From NCBI GenBank assembly GCA_051251855.1, contig JBPOGI010000001.1, positions 1,280,001-1,344,000 on the forward strand: DNA of 64,000 bases, given 5' to 3'. The position numbers were made by a program, and so were the translations under genes. Positions 38,079 to 49,011 of this stretch are shown here, one piece after another. Each line of letters starts with the position of its first letter. Position 1 is the stretch's first letter. The stretch is from Roseibacillus sp. GTDB taxonomy: Bacteria; Verrucomicrobiota; Verrucomicrobiia; Verrucomicrobiales; Akkermansiaceae. Under the pieces are notes generated by a model. It was not told the DNA's origin. It saw nothing but the letters and a program-made list of their open reading frames with translations, and ran no database searches.

Positions 38079-40724
38079 ATGTCCCGCTACCTCTTTGGCC
38101 TCCATCTCGATGGAGTCCCCACCCCTTCTACTCAGCCGGAAATCCAACCTACTATCTGCGGTCCCGAGGGCCTGCTAACAGCCCTAGAATCTTCTCTGGG
38201 ATTACCCCCCGTCGGGGTGTCGCCCCTCCTGCGGAGTCTTGCTTTCCGTGATGTCGTCGCAGAGTCGCTCACCGACGATCATTTCTACGCCCGGTCTTTC
38301 GACAATGATCCGCTTGCCACTGCGCGCCTGCTTCTCACTTGGCGGGACACCCTTGTCGAGGCGGGTTGGCATGCTGGTCTCGACCACCGCAGCGCTCCTC
38401 CCCGCCTCAGAGCTCTTGCGGCTCTAGAACCCTCCTTTGACAGCTCCGGCCTCGCCACAGCCACTCACGCAGGCCGGATCGGTAGCATACGTGCGGAACT
38501 GTCTTCCGGGGCAACACCAGCTATCGACACGCTCGTCATCACCGACTCTCCAGAAACACTCCCCCATTGCTGGCGCGAACTCCTCAAGGACCTCGGTGCA
38601 AGCTATGAAAACCCTGCTCCAACTAAAGCCCTCCTTGCCGCCTCCACCACCCTCGGCCTCGCTCAAGCGAATTTCCTCGGAGAGAAAGGTAGCTCTCCAG
38701 ACAACGACAATAGCTTACGCATCGTCACAGCCTCGACCCCGGAAGCCGCAGCCGAAGCTCTCGCCTCGCAACTGAGCTCCCTCGACCTAACGTCTACCAC
38801 ACTCATCGCAGACTCGTCCGAACGTGCACTCCTCAATCGACATCTCGCCCACCACGACCTCCCCCTCACCACCGCCAAGACAGAAACAGCCGCTGCCCTT
38901 CTCGAACTGCCAGCCCTCTTTCTGCGCTGCCGAATTGGTCCCTTAAACCCACAGGCCTGGATCGAATTCCTCCTCCACTCTGTTTCTCCAATTCCTACCA
39001 AACTCCGCCATCGTCTTGCAGGCGCAATCAACGACATCCCCGGTCGAGGGGCACATTGGGAGAAAGCTCTTGAAAGGAGTGTTGCCGACAATGACGACAA
39101 AGATGCCGTGACTCGAATTCGAAAGGCCTACGCCGACTGGATCGAACCACCCCTCGTCGAACCAGATCAGCTCACGGGCCCCGTCCTTGCGGACATACTT
39201 TCGCCCCTCACTCAATGGCTCAGCAAGCGAGCTGGCGGGAAAAAATCGAACAATGCCTCCGACGCCTTGGAATGGCTCGTCGCCTCCCGTGCTCTGGCAC
39301 AACTGGAAGCCATTGTCCGAAACGAGAATGAACTCACCAGCACTGGACTCGAAAACCTCTTGGTCGAGTGGCGTCAAAGCGTCTCCATCTCGACCCGCTT
39401 TCCGGGCCAGGTCGGCGCCGCAACAACACTCGCATCCCCCGCTCAAATACTCGCGGCTCAAGACCATCTCATTTGGTGGTGTCCCACGCCCACCCAAACG
39501 CTGCGCTCCCCATGGACGGGCTCTGAGCTGGACTGGCTCGCCTCCCAAAACGTCAGCCTCCTTGATGAAAAAGCCCTCGCTCTCGCCGCAGAGAAAGCCA
39601 CCGAACGTGCCGTCCTACTAGCGGGCAAATCCCTCACGATCTATCATGTCACTCAGTCTGCCGGAGGAGCCACCGAACAGGCCGGAATCCTCACTCGTCT
39701 GCAGACCCAATCTCAAACCTCCCTCATTGTCCCGGCGCGGGATCTGATTGCTACTCAAGCGATGCCCCTCCGCGCTCTTCCCCCGCTCCGCCGTTGGTGG
39801 AATCTCAAACAGACTCACCTTTTAGGTCCACGTGAATGCGAGTCCTTTTCGTCCCTATCCAAAGCTATCAGCTTCCCTGTGGACTGGGCTCTCGAATACC
39901 ATGCCAAGCTAAGGCGGGGTCCCATCAGAGAAAGCCGCGTCAGCGACAGCGCACTGCGGGTAGGCTCCATTCTCCACGCCGCTGCCGAAGAGCTTTTTAC
40001 GGAAGGAGCACTCAACTGGCAAAACTCAAGCAAGAACGAAACCCATCAATTCCTTGCCGACCTATTCCCTAGTCTCTTGGCCTCCCAGGCTGCCCACTAC
40101 CTCACTCCAGGGAATGAGGCCGCCCGCAGCCGTCTCCTGAATACAACTCAGGAGAGCCTTTGGTACCTGATCGAAATTCTCCGCAGCTCCGAGGTCGAAT
40201 CCGTTACTCTCGAAAAAGCGGTTGATGCGGTCCCTTTCACAGGAGGTCAGGTTGCGGGTCGCATCGACCTCATCGCCCGCCGCAGTGATGGCGAAACAGC
40301 CGTCATCGACCTCAAACTCGGAGGAAAAAGTAGCCGCACAAAGTCGCTTCAGTCCAACCTTCACCTCCAACTGGCAATCTATGGTCACCTTTTGTCCCAG
40401 AGCGAGGGCGTCCAAGCAGCCACCGCCTTCTTCATCCTTTCCAATGGCGGCACTCTCCTCACCCGCAACGACACCTTCTTCCCTAACATCACCCCCATCA
40501 GACCCAAAAGTGACACCCCCGAATCTGACTGGGAGGACTGCTGGCAGGAGTTTGAAGAGATTTACCGCTGGCGTCGTCAGCAACTCGACGAAGGGCTCAT
40601 CGAAGTCCCCGTGTCTGGCACTGAACCGAACGACCCTCCCCCCATCGAACGCTGGGAACCACCGAAGGAAGGCAACCCTTATAGCTCTTATTCAAACCTC
40701 ACCGGATTCCCTCTGAACGCATGA
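38079..40724 (+). CDS. AddB-like protein with C-terminal PD-(D/E)XK nuclease
   Basis: SFSSLSK, VGSILH, GRIDL, VIDLK, QLAIY RecB-type nuclease motifs. Confidence 0.85.
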   Translation: MSRYLFGLHLDGVPTPSTQPEIQPTICGPEGLLTALESSLGLPPVGVSPLLRSLAFRDVVAESLTDDHFYARSFDNDPLATARLLLTWRDTLVEAGWHAGLDHRSAPPRLRALAALEPSFDSSGLATATHAGRIGSIRAELSSGATPAIDTLVITDSPETLPHCWRELLKDLGASYENPAPTKALLAASTTLGLAQANFLGEKGSSPDNDNSLRIVTASTPEAAAEALASQLSSLDLTSTTLIADSSERALLNRHLAHHDLPLTTAKTETAAALLELPALFLRCRIGPLNPQAWIEFLLHSVSPIPTKLRHRLAGAINDIPGRGAHWEKALERSVADNDDKDAVTRIRKAYADWIEPPLVEPDQLTGPVLADILSPLTQWLSKRAGGKKSNNASDALEWLVASRALAQLEAIVRNENELTSTGLENLLVEWRQSVSISTRFPGQVGAATTLASPAQILAAQDHLIWWCPTPTQTLRSPWTGSELDWLASQNVSLLDEKALALAAEKATERAVLLAGKSLTIYHVTQSAGGATEQAGILTRLQTQSQTSLIVPARDLIATQAMPLRALPPLRRWWNLKQTHLLGPRECESFSSLSKAISFPVDWALEYHAKLRRGPIRESRVSDSALRVGSILHAAAEELFTEGALNWQNSSKNETHQFLADLFPSLLASQAAHYLTPGNEAARSRLLNTTQESLWYLIEILRSSEVESVTLEKAVDAVPFTGGQVAGRIDLIARRSDGETAVIDLKLGGKSSRTKSLQSNLHLQLAIYGHLLSQSEGVQAATAFFILSNGGTLLTRNDTFFPNITPIRPKSDTPESDWEDCWQEFEEIYRWRRQQLDEGLIEVPVSGTEPNDPPPIERWEPPKEGNPYSSYSNLTGFPLNA

Positions 40725-43700
40725 ACCCTTCCATCGAATTCACCTCAGCTAGCGCGGGTTCCGGCAAAACCTATCGCCTTGTCGAGATCGTCTCGGAGGC
40801 CATCCTCGACGGCTCTGCACGCCCCCAAGGCATCGTCGCCACGACCTTCACGGTGGCCGCCGCCAATGAACTCCGGGAACGACTCAGCGCAAAGTTTTAC
40901 GAGACAGACCGCCACACCGATGCCGTCCTCCTCCGCTCGGGGATGATTGGCACGGTCCACGGTATTTGTCTTGATCTCCTGTCCCGGTTCTCCCTTGAGG
41001 CTGGCCTCTCGCCCGAGGTCACCATTCTCGACGACAATCAATCCAAGGAACTTCTCTCCCGTGCCTTCGACGCCATTCTAACCGGAGACGACGAGCAACA
41101 GCTCTATCAACTTTCGAAGCGGCTCTCCCAGGTCGACCCTCAGTCGAGCACCCACAACTTCCATTCGGTCATTCCCAGCATCGTCAATAATGCGCGGAGC
41201 AACGACATCGATCCCACAGACCTCCCCAAGACCGGGAAAGACAGTTGGGAGGAAATGAAAGCCGCGCTTCCTGCTCCAAGCAAAGATGATCTGGACAAGG
41301 AACTTGCAGACGCGATCAAGTGCGCCCTGAAAGAACTCGACCCGAACGCCAAGGCCAATGTTGTTCAAACCTACCGCCAACTCCTTCAGCAATGCTTGCG
41401 CGCTCTTGATAACGAAGGGCTCGATTGGTCGCACTGGAACAAACTCACCACTGCTAGCCCGGGCAAGGCTCAGGCTAATCTAGCCATCGCGCTCCCAGTT
41501 CAGGAGGCGGCCTCCCGTCTCGGTGAACACCCACGCTTTCACGAGGATCAAAAAAGCTACCTGAGTCTCCTTTTCAAAAAGGCTCAGCATCTCGCCGAGA
41601 GCTTTGGGCAACTCAAACGTGAACGCGGCGTAGCGGACTTCGCCGATCTCGAGAAAGAAGCGCTCGACCTGCTCACGAACTCGGAAGAAGTTCGCTCTAT
41701 CCTCAGCGCGGAGATCGACCTCCTCGTTGTCGATGAATTCCAGGACACAAGCCCCATCCAGCTCGCCCTCTTTTCTCGTCTTGCGGAGTGCGCCAAGCGC
41801 GTCGTCTGGGTTGGTGATGTCAAGCAAGCCATCTATGGTTTTCGTGGTTCCGATCCCGAACTCATCATCTCTGCCGTGGCCGGCGCGACAAAGACGCCTC
41901 CTCTCGATCTTTCTTGGCGCTCGGCTCCCGACCTCGTGCATTTCGTTAATGGATTTTTTGCCAAGCCCTTCGAAGAGAGCCTCGGCCTCCCACCAGAAGA
42001 AGTCACCCTCACCCCCCATCGCGAAACTCACGCCGAGGCCTCTCCTGCGCTGCGTATCGCCAAGGTCACCAGCGGCGAACAGACGGCAAAGGGACTTCCG
42101 AAAAAAACCAAAAACGAACACCGTATCGCTGCCACCGCCGACGCCATTCAGGTCTTTCTCGACTCCGACGAAAAGGTCATCGACAAGAATTCGATCACCC
42201 CACAAGACCCAGTTGGGAGCCTCCGCCCCGTCACCCCTCGCGATCTCGCCATCCTGGTCCGCACGGGTAAGAACGCCAGTGATCTGGCCGACGATCTGCG
42301 CGCCCGGGGAATCGACGTCTCGCTTTCCACCTCCGGACTCCTTACCACTCCGGAGTGCCAACTCGCTCTCGCCTGTCTTCGCGTTCTCGTTGATTCTCGC
42401 GACTCCCTCGCCTCCGCAGAAGTCATCGCCCTTGAGGCGAGTCATGCGCCCGAATCGTGGCTCAGTGATCGCTTCGAATACCTCAAGCAGAGAGCCGAGA
42501 ATCCTCCCGGGGAATCCTCGAAAGCATGGGGGCGCAAGGGCACAGTCTCCTCCCCAAGTATCGACGCCCTTCTCACAATCCGGGACGAACACAACCTAGC
42601 GACCCTGAGCCCACTCGCTCTCTACGATCTTGCTCATACCGCAGCCGATGTCCCCTCGCTCGCCTCAGCATGGGGCCCCACCCAACAACGCGCTGAGCAG
42701 CGCTTTGCCAATCTCTCCCGCCTCCGCGAGCTTGTGCAAGAATACCAAACCGCAGCTCATTCCAGCGCAGCCCCCGCAACCCTCAATGGACTCTTCGTTT
42801 GGCTAGATGACCTCGCCGATGACTTTGGTTCCAAGGAAGCCAAAGACAAGAGACCCATCGATCCGGAGATCGACTCTGTCCATATTGGCACCTACCACGG
42901 AGCAAAAGGCCTCGAATGGCCGGTGGTCTTTGCCTGCGACCTTGATTCCAAGACCCGCTCCCGTCTCTTCACTCTTCGCCAACTCAGTGAGTCCGCGAAA
43001 CTCGATTTCGCGGACCCTCTTGCCGGGCGTACCCTACGCCTCTGGATCAATCCTTTTGGAAAATCCAAGTCCCAGCTTGTCGACGACCTCGAAGCCTCTC
43101 CCGTTGGGCAACAGTCCGAGCAGAATGCCCAGTCCGAGGAGCTTCGCCTTCTCTATGTCGGATTCACCCGGGCACGCGACACCCTCGTTCTTGTGAACGA
43201 CCCTGCTACCACCCCCGAATGGCTCGACTTGACCTCTGCCGGTGACTTCCTCAAGGCCGAGAACAGCCCCTTCACTCTCGGAGAACACAGCCTACCTCTC
43301 ACCACTAGCACCCAAATTTACGAGCCCTTCGTTTCGCTGCCTCCCCCGGCCCCAACGATCCAACTCCCTGTCCGCGCCCCATCCCAAACTTCCCGCTTAC
43401 CACTCCACATCACACCCTCCTCACGCGAACCGATCGCCGGGGCCATCGTCACCGAAACCATCGAGTTTGGAACAGCTCTCCAAGTCCCATCGAGAATCAA
43501 CGCCCGTGATTACGGAGATGCCATGCACCGCATCATCGCGGCAGAGATTCAAAACCCAAACCACCCAGACCGGAACCTGCGCGCCGAGCGCCTCCTCACT
43601 CACTGGGACCTTCAGGAATCCATCTCCACGGACGAAATCCTAACTACCGTCGACACCTACCGCAAATGGATTGAGGATACATTCAACCCGACTCAACAAC

Positions 43701-43990
43701 TCATCGAAGTCCCCTTCACTCACACCACTCCTGACGGGCAACAAGCAACCGGCTTCATAGACCATCTCGTAATCACCCCGGATGGTCCGATCATCATCGA
43801 CCACAAGATCTATCCCGGCCCCAAGTCGACCTGGGACGAGACCGCCCTTTCATACTCTGGACAGCTAGCCCTCTACCGCCAGTTCGTCTCCACGATCTTC
43901 CCCGGGCAAAAAGAACCCGAATGCTGGATCCACTTCGCAAGCCACGGAGCCTCTCTCAAGGTCGAGATCCCCTCGACGAGCTTATCATAG
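40721..43990 (+). CDS. AddA-like UvrD/SF1 helicase with C-terminal PD-(D/E)XK nuclease
   Basis: ASAGSGKT, VDEFQDT, VGDVKQAIYGFRG, HGAKGLEW, YVGFTRAR, GFIDHL, IIDHK, QLALY; 4-bp overlap with partner. Confidence 0.9.
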   Translation: MNPSIEFTSASAGSGKTYRLVEIVSEAILDGSARPQGIVATTFTVAAANELRERLSAKFYETDRHTDAVLLRSGMIGTVHGICLDLLSRFSLEAGLSPEVTILDDNQSKELLSRAFDAILTGDDEQQLYQLSKRLSQVDPQSSTHNFHSVIPSIVNNARSNDIDPTDLPKTGKDSWEEMKAALPAPSKDDLDKELADAIKCALKELDPNAKANVVQTYRQLLQQCLRALDNEGLDWSHWNKLTTASPGKAQANLAIALPVQEAASRLGEHPRFHEDQKSYLSLLFKKAQHLAESFGQLKRERGVADFADLEKEALDLLTNSEEVRSILSAEIDLLVVDEFQDTSPIQLALFSRLAECAKRVVWVGDVKQAIYGFRGSDPELIISAVAGATKTPPLDLSWRSAPDLVHFVNGFFAKPFEESLGLPPEEVTLTPHRETHAEASPALRIAKVTSGEQTAKGLPKKTKNEHRIAATADAIQVFLDSDEKVIDKNSITPQDPVGSLRPVTPRDLAILVRTGKNASDLADDLRARGIDVSLSTSGLLTTPECQLALACLRVLVDSRDSLASAEVIALEASHAPESWLSDRFEYLKQRAENPPGESSKAWGRKGTVSSPSIDALLTIRDEHNLATLSPLALYDLAHTAADVPSLASAWGPTQQRAEQRFANLSRLRELVQEYQTAAHSSAAPATLNGLFVWLDDLADDFGSKEAKDKRPIDPEIDSVHIGTYHGAKGLEWPVVFACDLDSKTRSRLFTLRQLSESAKLDFADPLAGRTLRLWINPFGKSKSQLVDDLEASPVGQQSEQNAQSEELRLLYVGFTRARDTLVLVNDPATTPEWLDLTSAGDFLKAENSPFTLGEHSLPLTTSTQIYEPFVSLPPPAPTIQLPVRAPSQTSRLPLHITPSSREPIAGAIVTETIEFGTALQVPSRINARDYGDAMHRIIAAEIQNPNHPDRNLRAERLLTHWDLQESISTDEILTTVDTYRKWIEDTFNPTQQLIEVPFTHTTPDGQQATGFIDHLVITPDGPIIIDHKIYPGPKSTWDETALSYSGQLALYRQFVSTIFPGQKEPECWIHFASHGASLKVEIPSTSLS

Positions 43991-44398
43991 CTACGTCTAT
44001 CGACCTCCTCTATTCATTAGGAAAACCTAGTCACCCCCGCTTCTCCTCAAAGTGCCTCTGAGGCTAAAAGACAACAAGGGACGGCACGACCTATTTCGTC
44101 GCCACGTTATCGCATTCTGCCATCAACCAGCGCATTCGAGAGCACACCATCAACGGCGAAGACCTCCTCCCCAGCCGCATCTCTCTTAGCAACGGTTTCC
44201 CCGATGCGCTATTTATTGACATTTGCTCGCCTAACCAAAAAACTTGAGACAGTAGCGTAAAAGAAAAAAGCAGAAGACGAAATCATTTTTCCTGAACACC
44301 CTCTACAATATCCAAGTTGTTTGATATATTGGAGAGTTTTGAGGAAACGTTTAAGAGTTCTACTTAAGAAGCATTAAAATTAATTAGAAAATCACTAT

Positions 44399-46075
44399 AT
44401 GGCGACGATGTTCCCTGCATACTTCCCCGACCTCAATCATGTCGACAATCCAGAATTTCAGGTCTACCAACTGCTAAGAGAACTTCCTGATAGCTTCTCT
44501 GTAATCCATTCGAAGAAGCTCAAGGGAGGCTTAAACTGTAAAGAGGAGACTGAAATTGACTTTCTCATCTTTGACGGGGGAAAAAACCTCATTTGCTTAG
44601 AGGTGAAAGGTGGCGAGATCGCCTACAATGGCTCTGAGTCTCGCTGGCATCAGAACGGGAAACCAATGAAACGTTCGCCCGACAGGCAGGCCTCCGCAGC
44701 TTGTCACGCCATTATCGAATTCCTTGGAAAAGACGCAGGCAACATCAACATAAATTGGGCACTTGCATTTCCTGATTGTAGTCGGCCTGCCGGATCGGGC
44801 CGTATACTAGAGGTCCCTGACGACCTCATCCTTGACTCAACGGCCCTTCTCAAACCGGTTGACGCCGTTCAGCGGGTTTGTCGATATAATGAGACTCATC
44901 ACGGTCGACCGGGGGTAAAACGATATCAGGCTTCGAACATTCTTGAACGCCTACTTCGTTCCGTTGGGTTTGTCACCAAAATCGGAGTCAACCTGATCCG
45001 AGACCAATCTCAACTCGTCAAGGCCACCGAGCAGCAGCTCGAGATCCTTGAGGATCTCGAATTGAACGAGAGAACCGCCGTCATGGGCTATGCGGGGACG
45101 GGCAAAACAATCATTGCAACCGAATTTGCGAAGCGGATGTCGAATTCAGGTAAACGGGTATTGCTGCTCTTCTACAATCGCATGGTGGCAAACTCAGTCC
45201 GCTACGGACTCGGTCGAGAATCCCCTATCGACTGCGCTACCTTCCATAGCCTCGCACGAAGAGAAATCGAGGCCAGCGAGAAGAGCTGGTGGAAAGCCAA
45301 CGTAAAGAAAGACGATCCCGAGTTCTGGGAAACCGAAGTTCCGCTCAAAATGCTCGAGGTGCTCGAGTCGAAAACGCCAGCCTACGACACAATCATTGTA
45401 GATGAGGGGCAGGACTTTAAGGCCGAATGGTTCGAGACGCTTGAAAGGCTTCTCGTTCGAAATGACAGCAGCCGTTGCGTTGTTTTCTATGATGACAATC
45501 AAGACATTTTTGGCCGATGGAACAATCTCCCCTGGGAGCCAAACACTTACACCCGCAAACGACTGAAGAAAAACTGCCGAAACACCAAGGCGATTATTGA
45601 TTACCTCAATTTGGTCATACCCTCCGAGATGATAGGATTCGCAAACTCTCCGGCTGGCCAACCTGTCCTCCTCAAAGAGCCCCCCAATCAGAATGAGGAG
45701 AGTAAACTGATCAAAAATGATATCGCCTTATTTCTGAAAGAAGGTGTAGAGCCCGGAAAGATCGTGATTCTCATCAATGACTCACTTGCTGAAAGCGCTG
45801 TCTCCTCGATCCAAAAAATTGGGCGTCACGCAGTCGAATGGATGGGTAGGACATACCGCCGCGACTCATCTGTAATCCAAGTTACTAATATTGAAAACTT
45901 TAAGGGACTGGAAGCTGACGTCCTACTTATTTCAGGGCTAACACCACAGGATGCAAAAACCGCGCCGGAAAAGCTCTATACTCAGGCGTCAAGAGCCCGC
46001 TTATATTTATCCATTTATTGCTCAGCCTCTGACAAGCCAGAATCCCGCACCCACATCAACAATCGACAACTGTAA
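44399..46075 (+). CDS. NERD nuclease fused to SF1 helicase
   Basis: EIDFLI..LEVKGG (NERD), GYAGTGKT, VDEGQD, FKGLEAD, YTQASRA. Confidence 0.88.
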   Translation: MATMFPAYFPDLNHVDNPEFQVYQLLRELPDSFSVIHSKKLKGGLNCKEETEIDFLIFDGGKNLICLEVKGGEIAYNGSESRWHQNGKPMKRSPDRQASAACHAIIEFLGKDAGNININWALAFPDCSRPAGSGRILEVPDDLILDSTALLKPVDAVQRVCRYNETHHGRPGVKRYQASNILERLLRSVGFVTKIGVNLIRDQSQLVKATEQQLEILEDLELNERTAVMGYAGTGKTIIATEFAKRMSNSGKRVLLLFYNRMVANSVRYGLGRESPIDCATFHSLARREIEASEKSWWKANVKKDDPEFWETEVPLKMLEVLESKTPAYDTIIVDEGQDFKAEWFETLERLLVRNDSSRCVVFYDDNQDIFGRWNNLPWEPNTYTRKRLKKNCRNTKAIIDYLNLVIPSEMIGFANSPAGQPVLLKEPPNQNEESKLIKNDIALFLKEGVEPGKIVILINDSLAESAVSSIQKIGRHAVEWMGRTYRRDSSVIQVTNIENFKGLEADVLLISGLTPQDAKTAPEKLYTQASRARLYLSIYCSASDKPESRTHINNRQL

Positions 46076-46218
46076 AAACGAGCCCATGAGCGCTTGAGTT
46101 GACCACCGTCGCAGTGATAAAATAAAATTAAACTAGTGGAAGATGTAGTAGGAAACCTCCCCTTCCGCTACAGATTTTATAGCCTTCTTTTTCTAAAGGA
46201 TCGGCTCGTCTCCAGGAC

Positions 46219-47175
46219 TCATTCCTCGTAGAGCGATGACCTGATCACTTGACTCTTAGCGCCCGGAACTGACCAAGAAACATCATCGAAGCAATAAGCT
46301 AACCACGGATAAAGGCGGGCTATAGCATCCTTAATTTCAAACCGATAAGGCAGCGGGACATCTTGCGCATTTTCATGAACAAATGCAGTAACTGCTCCGA
46401 AGTTCATTGATGGCCTACTTCGTATTTTCTCCACAATACGCTTCACAAAAAGTTGACTCTGGAAAGCCTGCATCGAGATCTCTTCAAAGTCTTCTTTTAG
46501 CAGATCACTCTCAGAGAGCTTGAGGCTTCCGATATCATGCAACATTTGAGGGCACATTTCATGGCCCTTAAGATAACTGGAAACGGCATCAAAGAAGGCT
46601 CGGGGACTCTCCGAAGCGGGCAGATCAGAAACCCTGAATTCCTTCTCCTCCATTGGGGGAAGAACGAGATTTCCGATAAACTGTGGGTCAACTTGAGATT
46701 CGTCGATCGCCCTCTGGTATGCCTCCACTACTTCTTTAGTTACTCTCCTGCTCTCATCGCAAAGACGACGGATATGACCGTAAGAATTGAAATCTAATGG
46801 ACTTAAAACCCCCATCTCCTCGTTGTAGGAATCACTCAATGAGAGCCCTTTATCCGTAATATTCGAACTCCCTGAATAGGCGAGACCTGATGAAAATTCA
46901 AAGAGCTTGAGATGAATCTTCGAATGTTGATACAACGGAATTTTTCTCTCCTTTAAGACGTCAAAAATCCCCAGATCAGAAGCACCTGCAAGAAGGTCCT
47001 CAACTTTCCACCTCACAACTAAGCGAGCGCTTTTAACAGGAAAAGTATCAAGAAACTCCTCTAGCGCACCACTCCTGATGAAGGGAGAAAAGGCAAGAAC
47101 CAGGGACTCATCTGCTGAAATATTAACTTTAAGATTTTTTAAGATCGGAGGCCAAATTGAGGGAAAACTGGACAT
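46219..47175 (-). CDS. Phospholipase D-like (HKD-type) putative nuclease
   Basis: FSPFI, IHLKLFEF, YSGSSNIT, NEE: single HxK motif with GSxN; the canonical Asp position is Ser. Confidence 0.75.
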   Translation of the reverse strand: MSSFPSIWPPILKNLKVNISADESLVLAFSPFIRSGALEEFLDTFPVKSARLVVRWKVEDLLAGASDLGIFDVLKERKIPLYQHSKIHLKLFEFSSGLAYSGSSNITDKGLSLSDSYNEEMGVLSPLDFNSYGHIRRLCDESRRVTKEVVEAYQRAIDESQVDPQFIGNLVLPPMEEKEFRVSDLPASESPRAFFDAVSSYLKGHEMCPQMLHDIGSLKLSESDLLKEDFEEISMQAFQSQLFVKRIVEKIRSRPSMNFGAVTAFVHENAQDVPLPYRFEIKDAIARLYPWLAYCFDDVSWSVPGAKSQVIRSSLYEE

Positions 47176-47181
47176 ACGCCC

Positions 47182-48999
47182 TTACTTAAGACTCCCTTGA
47201 TACGCTTCGATCATATCGCTAACGCCTTTGCCCCACTTCATCCGCAAACTTTCATAATGTTTACGATCATCGTCGGTTATCCCCAAAGTGTCTTCGAGAC
47301 GAGCCCATGAGGCGAAGATTAATTTCAAACAATCAAATCCTATTCCCTCCTTCTCTTCAAGCTCTTCAATAAAAGCAGAATAAGCAGGATGCAACTTATT
47401 GATAGTAACTTTTAGTTTTCCAGCTGGGGTAGACACGTCGAAAATCACATCGCTCGCTCTGATGGGAGCTGAATTAAAAATATACTTCTCCCCTGCTAAC
47501 CACTCATTGAGTATAACCTCTTTATCTTCTTCAGCCGTATCTGAATCGTCCATTTCAAGCTCATCAGTAAGCTCCCTCTTTTTCTGAGCATCGGAAAGCT
47601 CAGCTGCTTTTTTATCGCTTACCCCTTCCTCGCCATCATGTTTAGCGGTCTTTGACGCTGCTGAAGCCGCTCGATCAGTTTCCTTGACTTTCTTTGCTTT
47701 CTTAACTCCGACAGTCTGTGACTTAATCGAGTTACGAATCCCACTTAAGAGTCTACGAATCTCATCGCAAATTTGGATAATGGGAAGCCTGGGATCGTCT
47801 TCAGACTCCATTTCCATTTCAAGTTGGGCAGCCTCAACGTCCTCGTCTTGTGCAATTTCACCTAAGCTGAGATTAGAAAATGCAGTGGCAGACTGCTTGT
47901 TGTTTGTCACACCAAAAACTTCGTCTAGGCCAGGCTCAAAGGCTACTTCGATACCCCACCATCGCTCAGTAGGATTATATGAATTTTCGAAGGATCTATT
48001 TAACTCTAGCTCTCGACCAGCTCTCAGAATTGAGACACCCTGATTCTTAGCAGCATGCTTTCCAAGAGGAGTTGATCCTGCAGGTAGATTAAGAGCATCG
48101 CAAGCCCGTCTAAAATCCTCTCTAGCTTCTGAAGCTTTAATTACCACCTCATGTTCTTGTCCACCCCAATTTATTTTTAAGGTTTTCGAGTCTCCGTATT
48201 GGACAAATTGAGCCTGCTTTTTATATCTGAAAGTCTCGTCTCCAACCTCGATTGACTCAGGAGCCTGCGTTCCCGTCATGAGATAAAGAGGGTCGTTAGG
48301 CTTACAGAAAGATTCGGTAAACGTCTCGTCTCCACCACTTTCAAGATATGCTGCGAGCCTAATCGTACAGGTCCCATCGTTAAGAAAGTAACGATACATT
48401 CTCCCCACAATAGCTGCAGTGTTAGCAAAAAAGGCCCGGCTTCGCCCCCACTTCATTCGATCAAGACGACTCCAAACTACCAATGTTCCGTGTTCCTCAA
48501 GCTTAGACTTTATTCGGCTTTTCCACTTTTCGGGAATTCCATCTACCTTTTCGGGAACTGGAACTTCATCCTTACCATCAATAATTTCATTTATATCTAG
48601 GTGAGAATGATGAACAGCGCCATCTCGCCAAGACCACACGTCAACCCTCTGACATTGAGAGACCGAGGAGTTGGGAAGCCCCATGCCAAACTTGCCCATG
48701 CCGATCTCAGCATCTAAATTAGTTCCTTGGGCAAACGCGAGAGACAGTTCCAAAGTTTCAGCGTCCATTCCACATCCATTATCGTAAACAGCAATCTCTT
48801 TTATTTTTTTGGAAGACCTGCGAGTTATGATAGTTTCTTCTTCAAGACAAATCAGCTCTACATCGATATTTTTTTCAGTTTTAAGTCCAGCCTGAATGCT
48901 GTTATCGATTATTTCGGCTATAGCATGAGCGGCATCTTTGTAGCCACTGTCACGCATCGCCTTTACGGTTAGCCCAGAAGTGAAATATTTTTTTGGCAT
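47182..48999 (-). CDS. GHKL (MORC/HATPase_c_3-type) ATPase
   Basis: AIAEIIDNSIQA, DNGCGM, GMGKFGMGL, GTLV; C-terminal INKLHPAY. Confidence 0.88.
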   Translation of the reverse strand: MPKKYFTSGLTVKAMRDSGYKDAAHAIAEIIDNSIQAGLKTEKNIDVELICLEEETIITRRSSKKIKEIAVYDNGCGMDAETLELSLAFAQGTNLDAEIGMGKFGMGLPNSSVSQCQRVDVWSWRDGAVHHSHLDINEIIDGKDEVPVPEKVDGIPEKWKSRIKSKLEEHGTLVVWSRLDRMKWGRSRAFFANTAAIVGRMYRYFLNDGTCTIRLAAYLESGGDETFTESFCKPNDPLYLMTGTQAPESIEVGDETFRYKKQAQFVQYGDSKTLKINWGGQEHEVVIKASEAREDFRRACDALNLPAGSTPLGKHAAKNQGVSILRAGRELELNRSFENSYNPTERWWGIEVAFEPGLDEVFGVTNNKQSATAFSNLSLGEIAQDEDVEAAQLEMEMESEDDPRLPIIQICDEIRRLLSGIRNSIKSQTVGVKKAKKVKETDRAASAASKTAKHDGEEGVSDKKAAELSDAQKKRELTDELEMDDSDTAEEDKEVILNEWLAGEKYIFNSAPIRASDVIFDVSTPAGKLKVTINKLHPAYSAFIEELEEKEGIGFDCLKLIFASWARLEDTLGITDDDRKHYESLRMKWGKGVSDMIEAYQGSLK

Positions 49000-49011
49000 T
49001 ATGTGTATGTG

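Noticed and set aside
44040..44250. Short coding-like stretch (GTTYFVATLSHSAINQRIREHTINGEDLLP)
   Set aside because: No clear start or family match; at most a remnant
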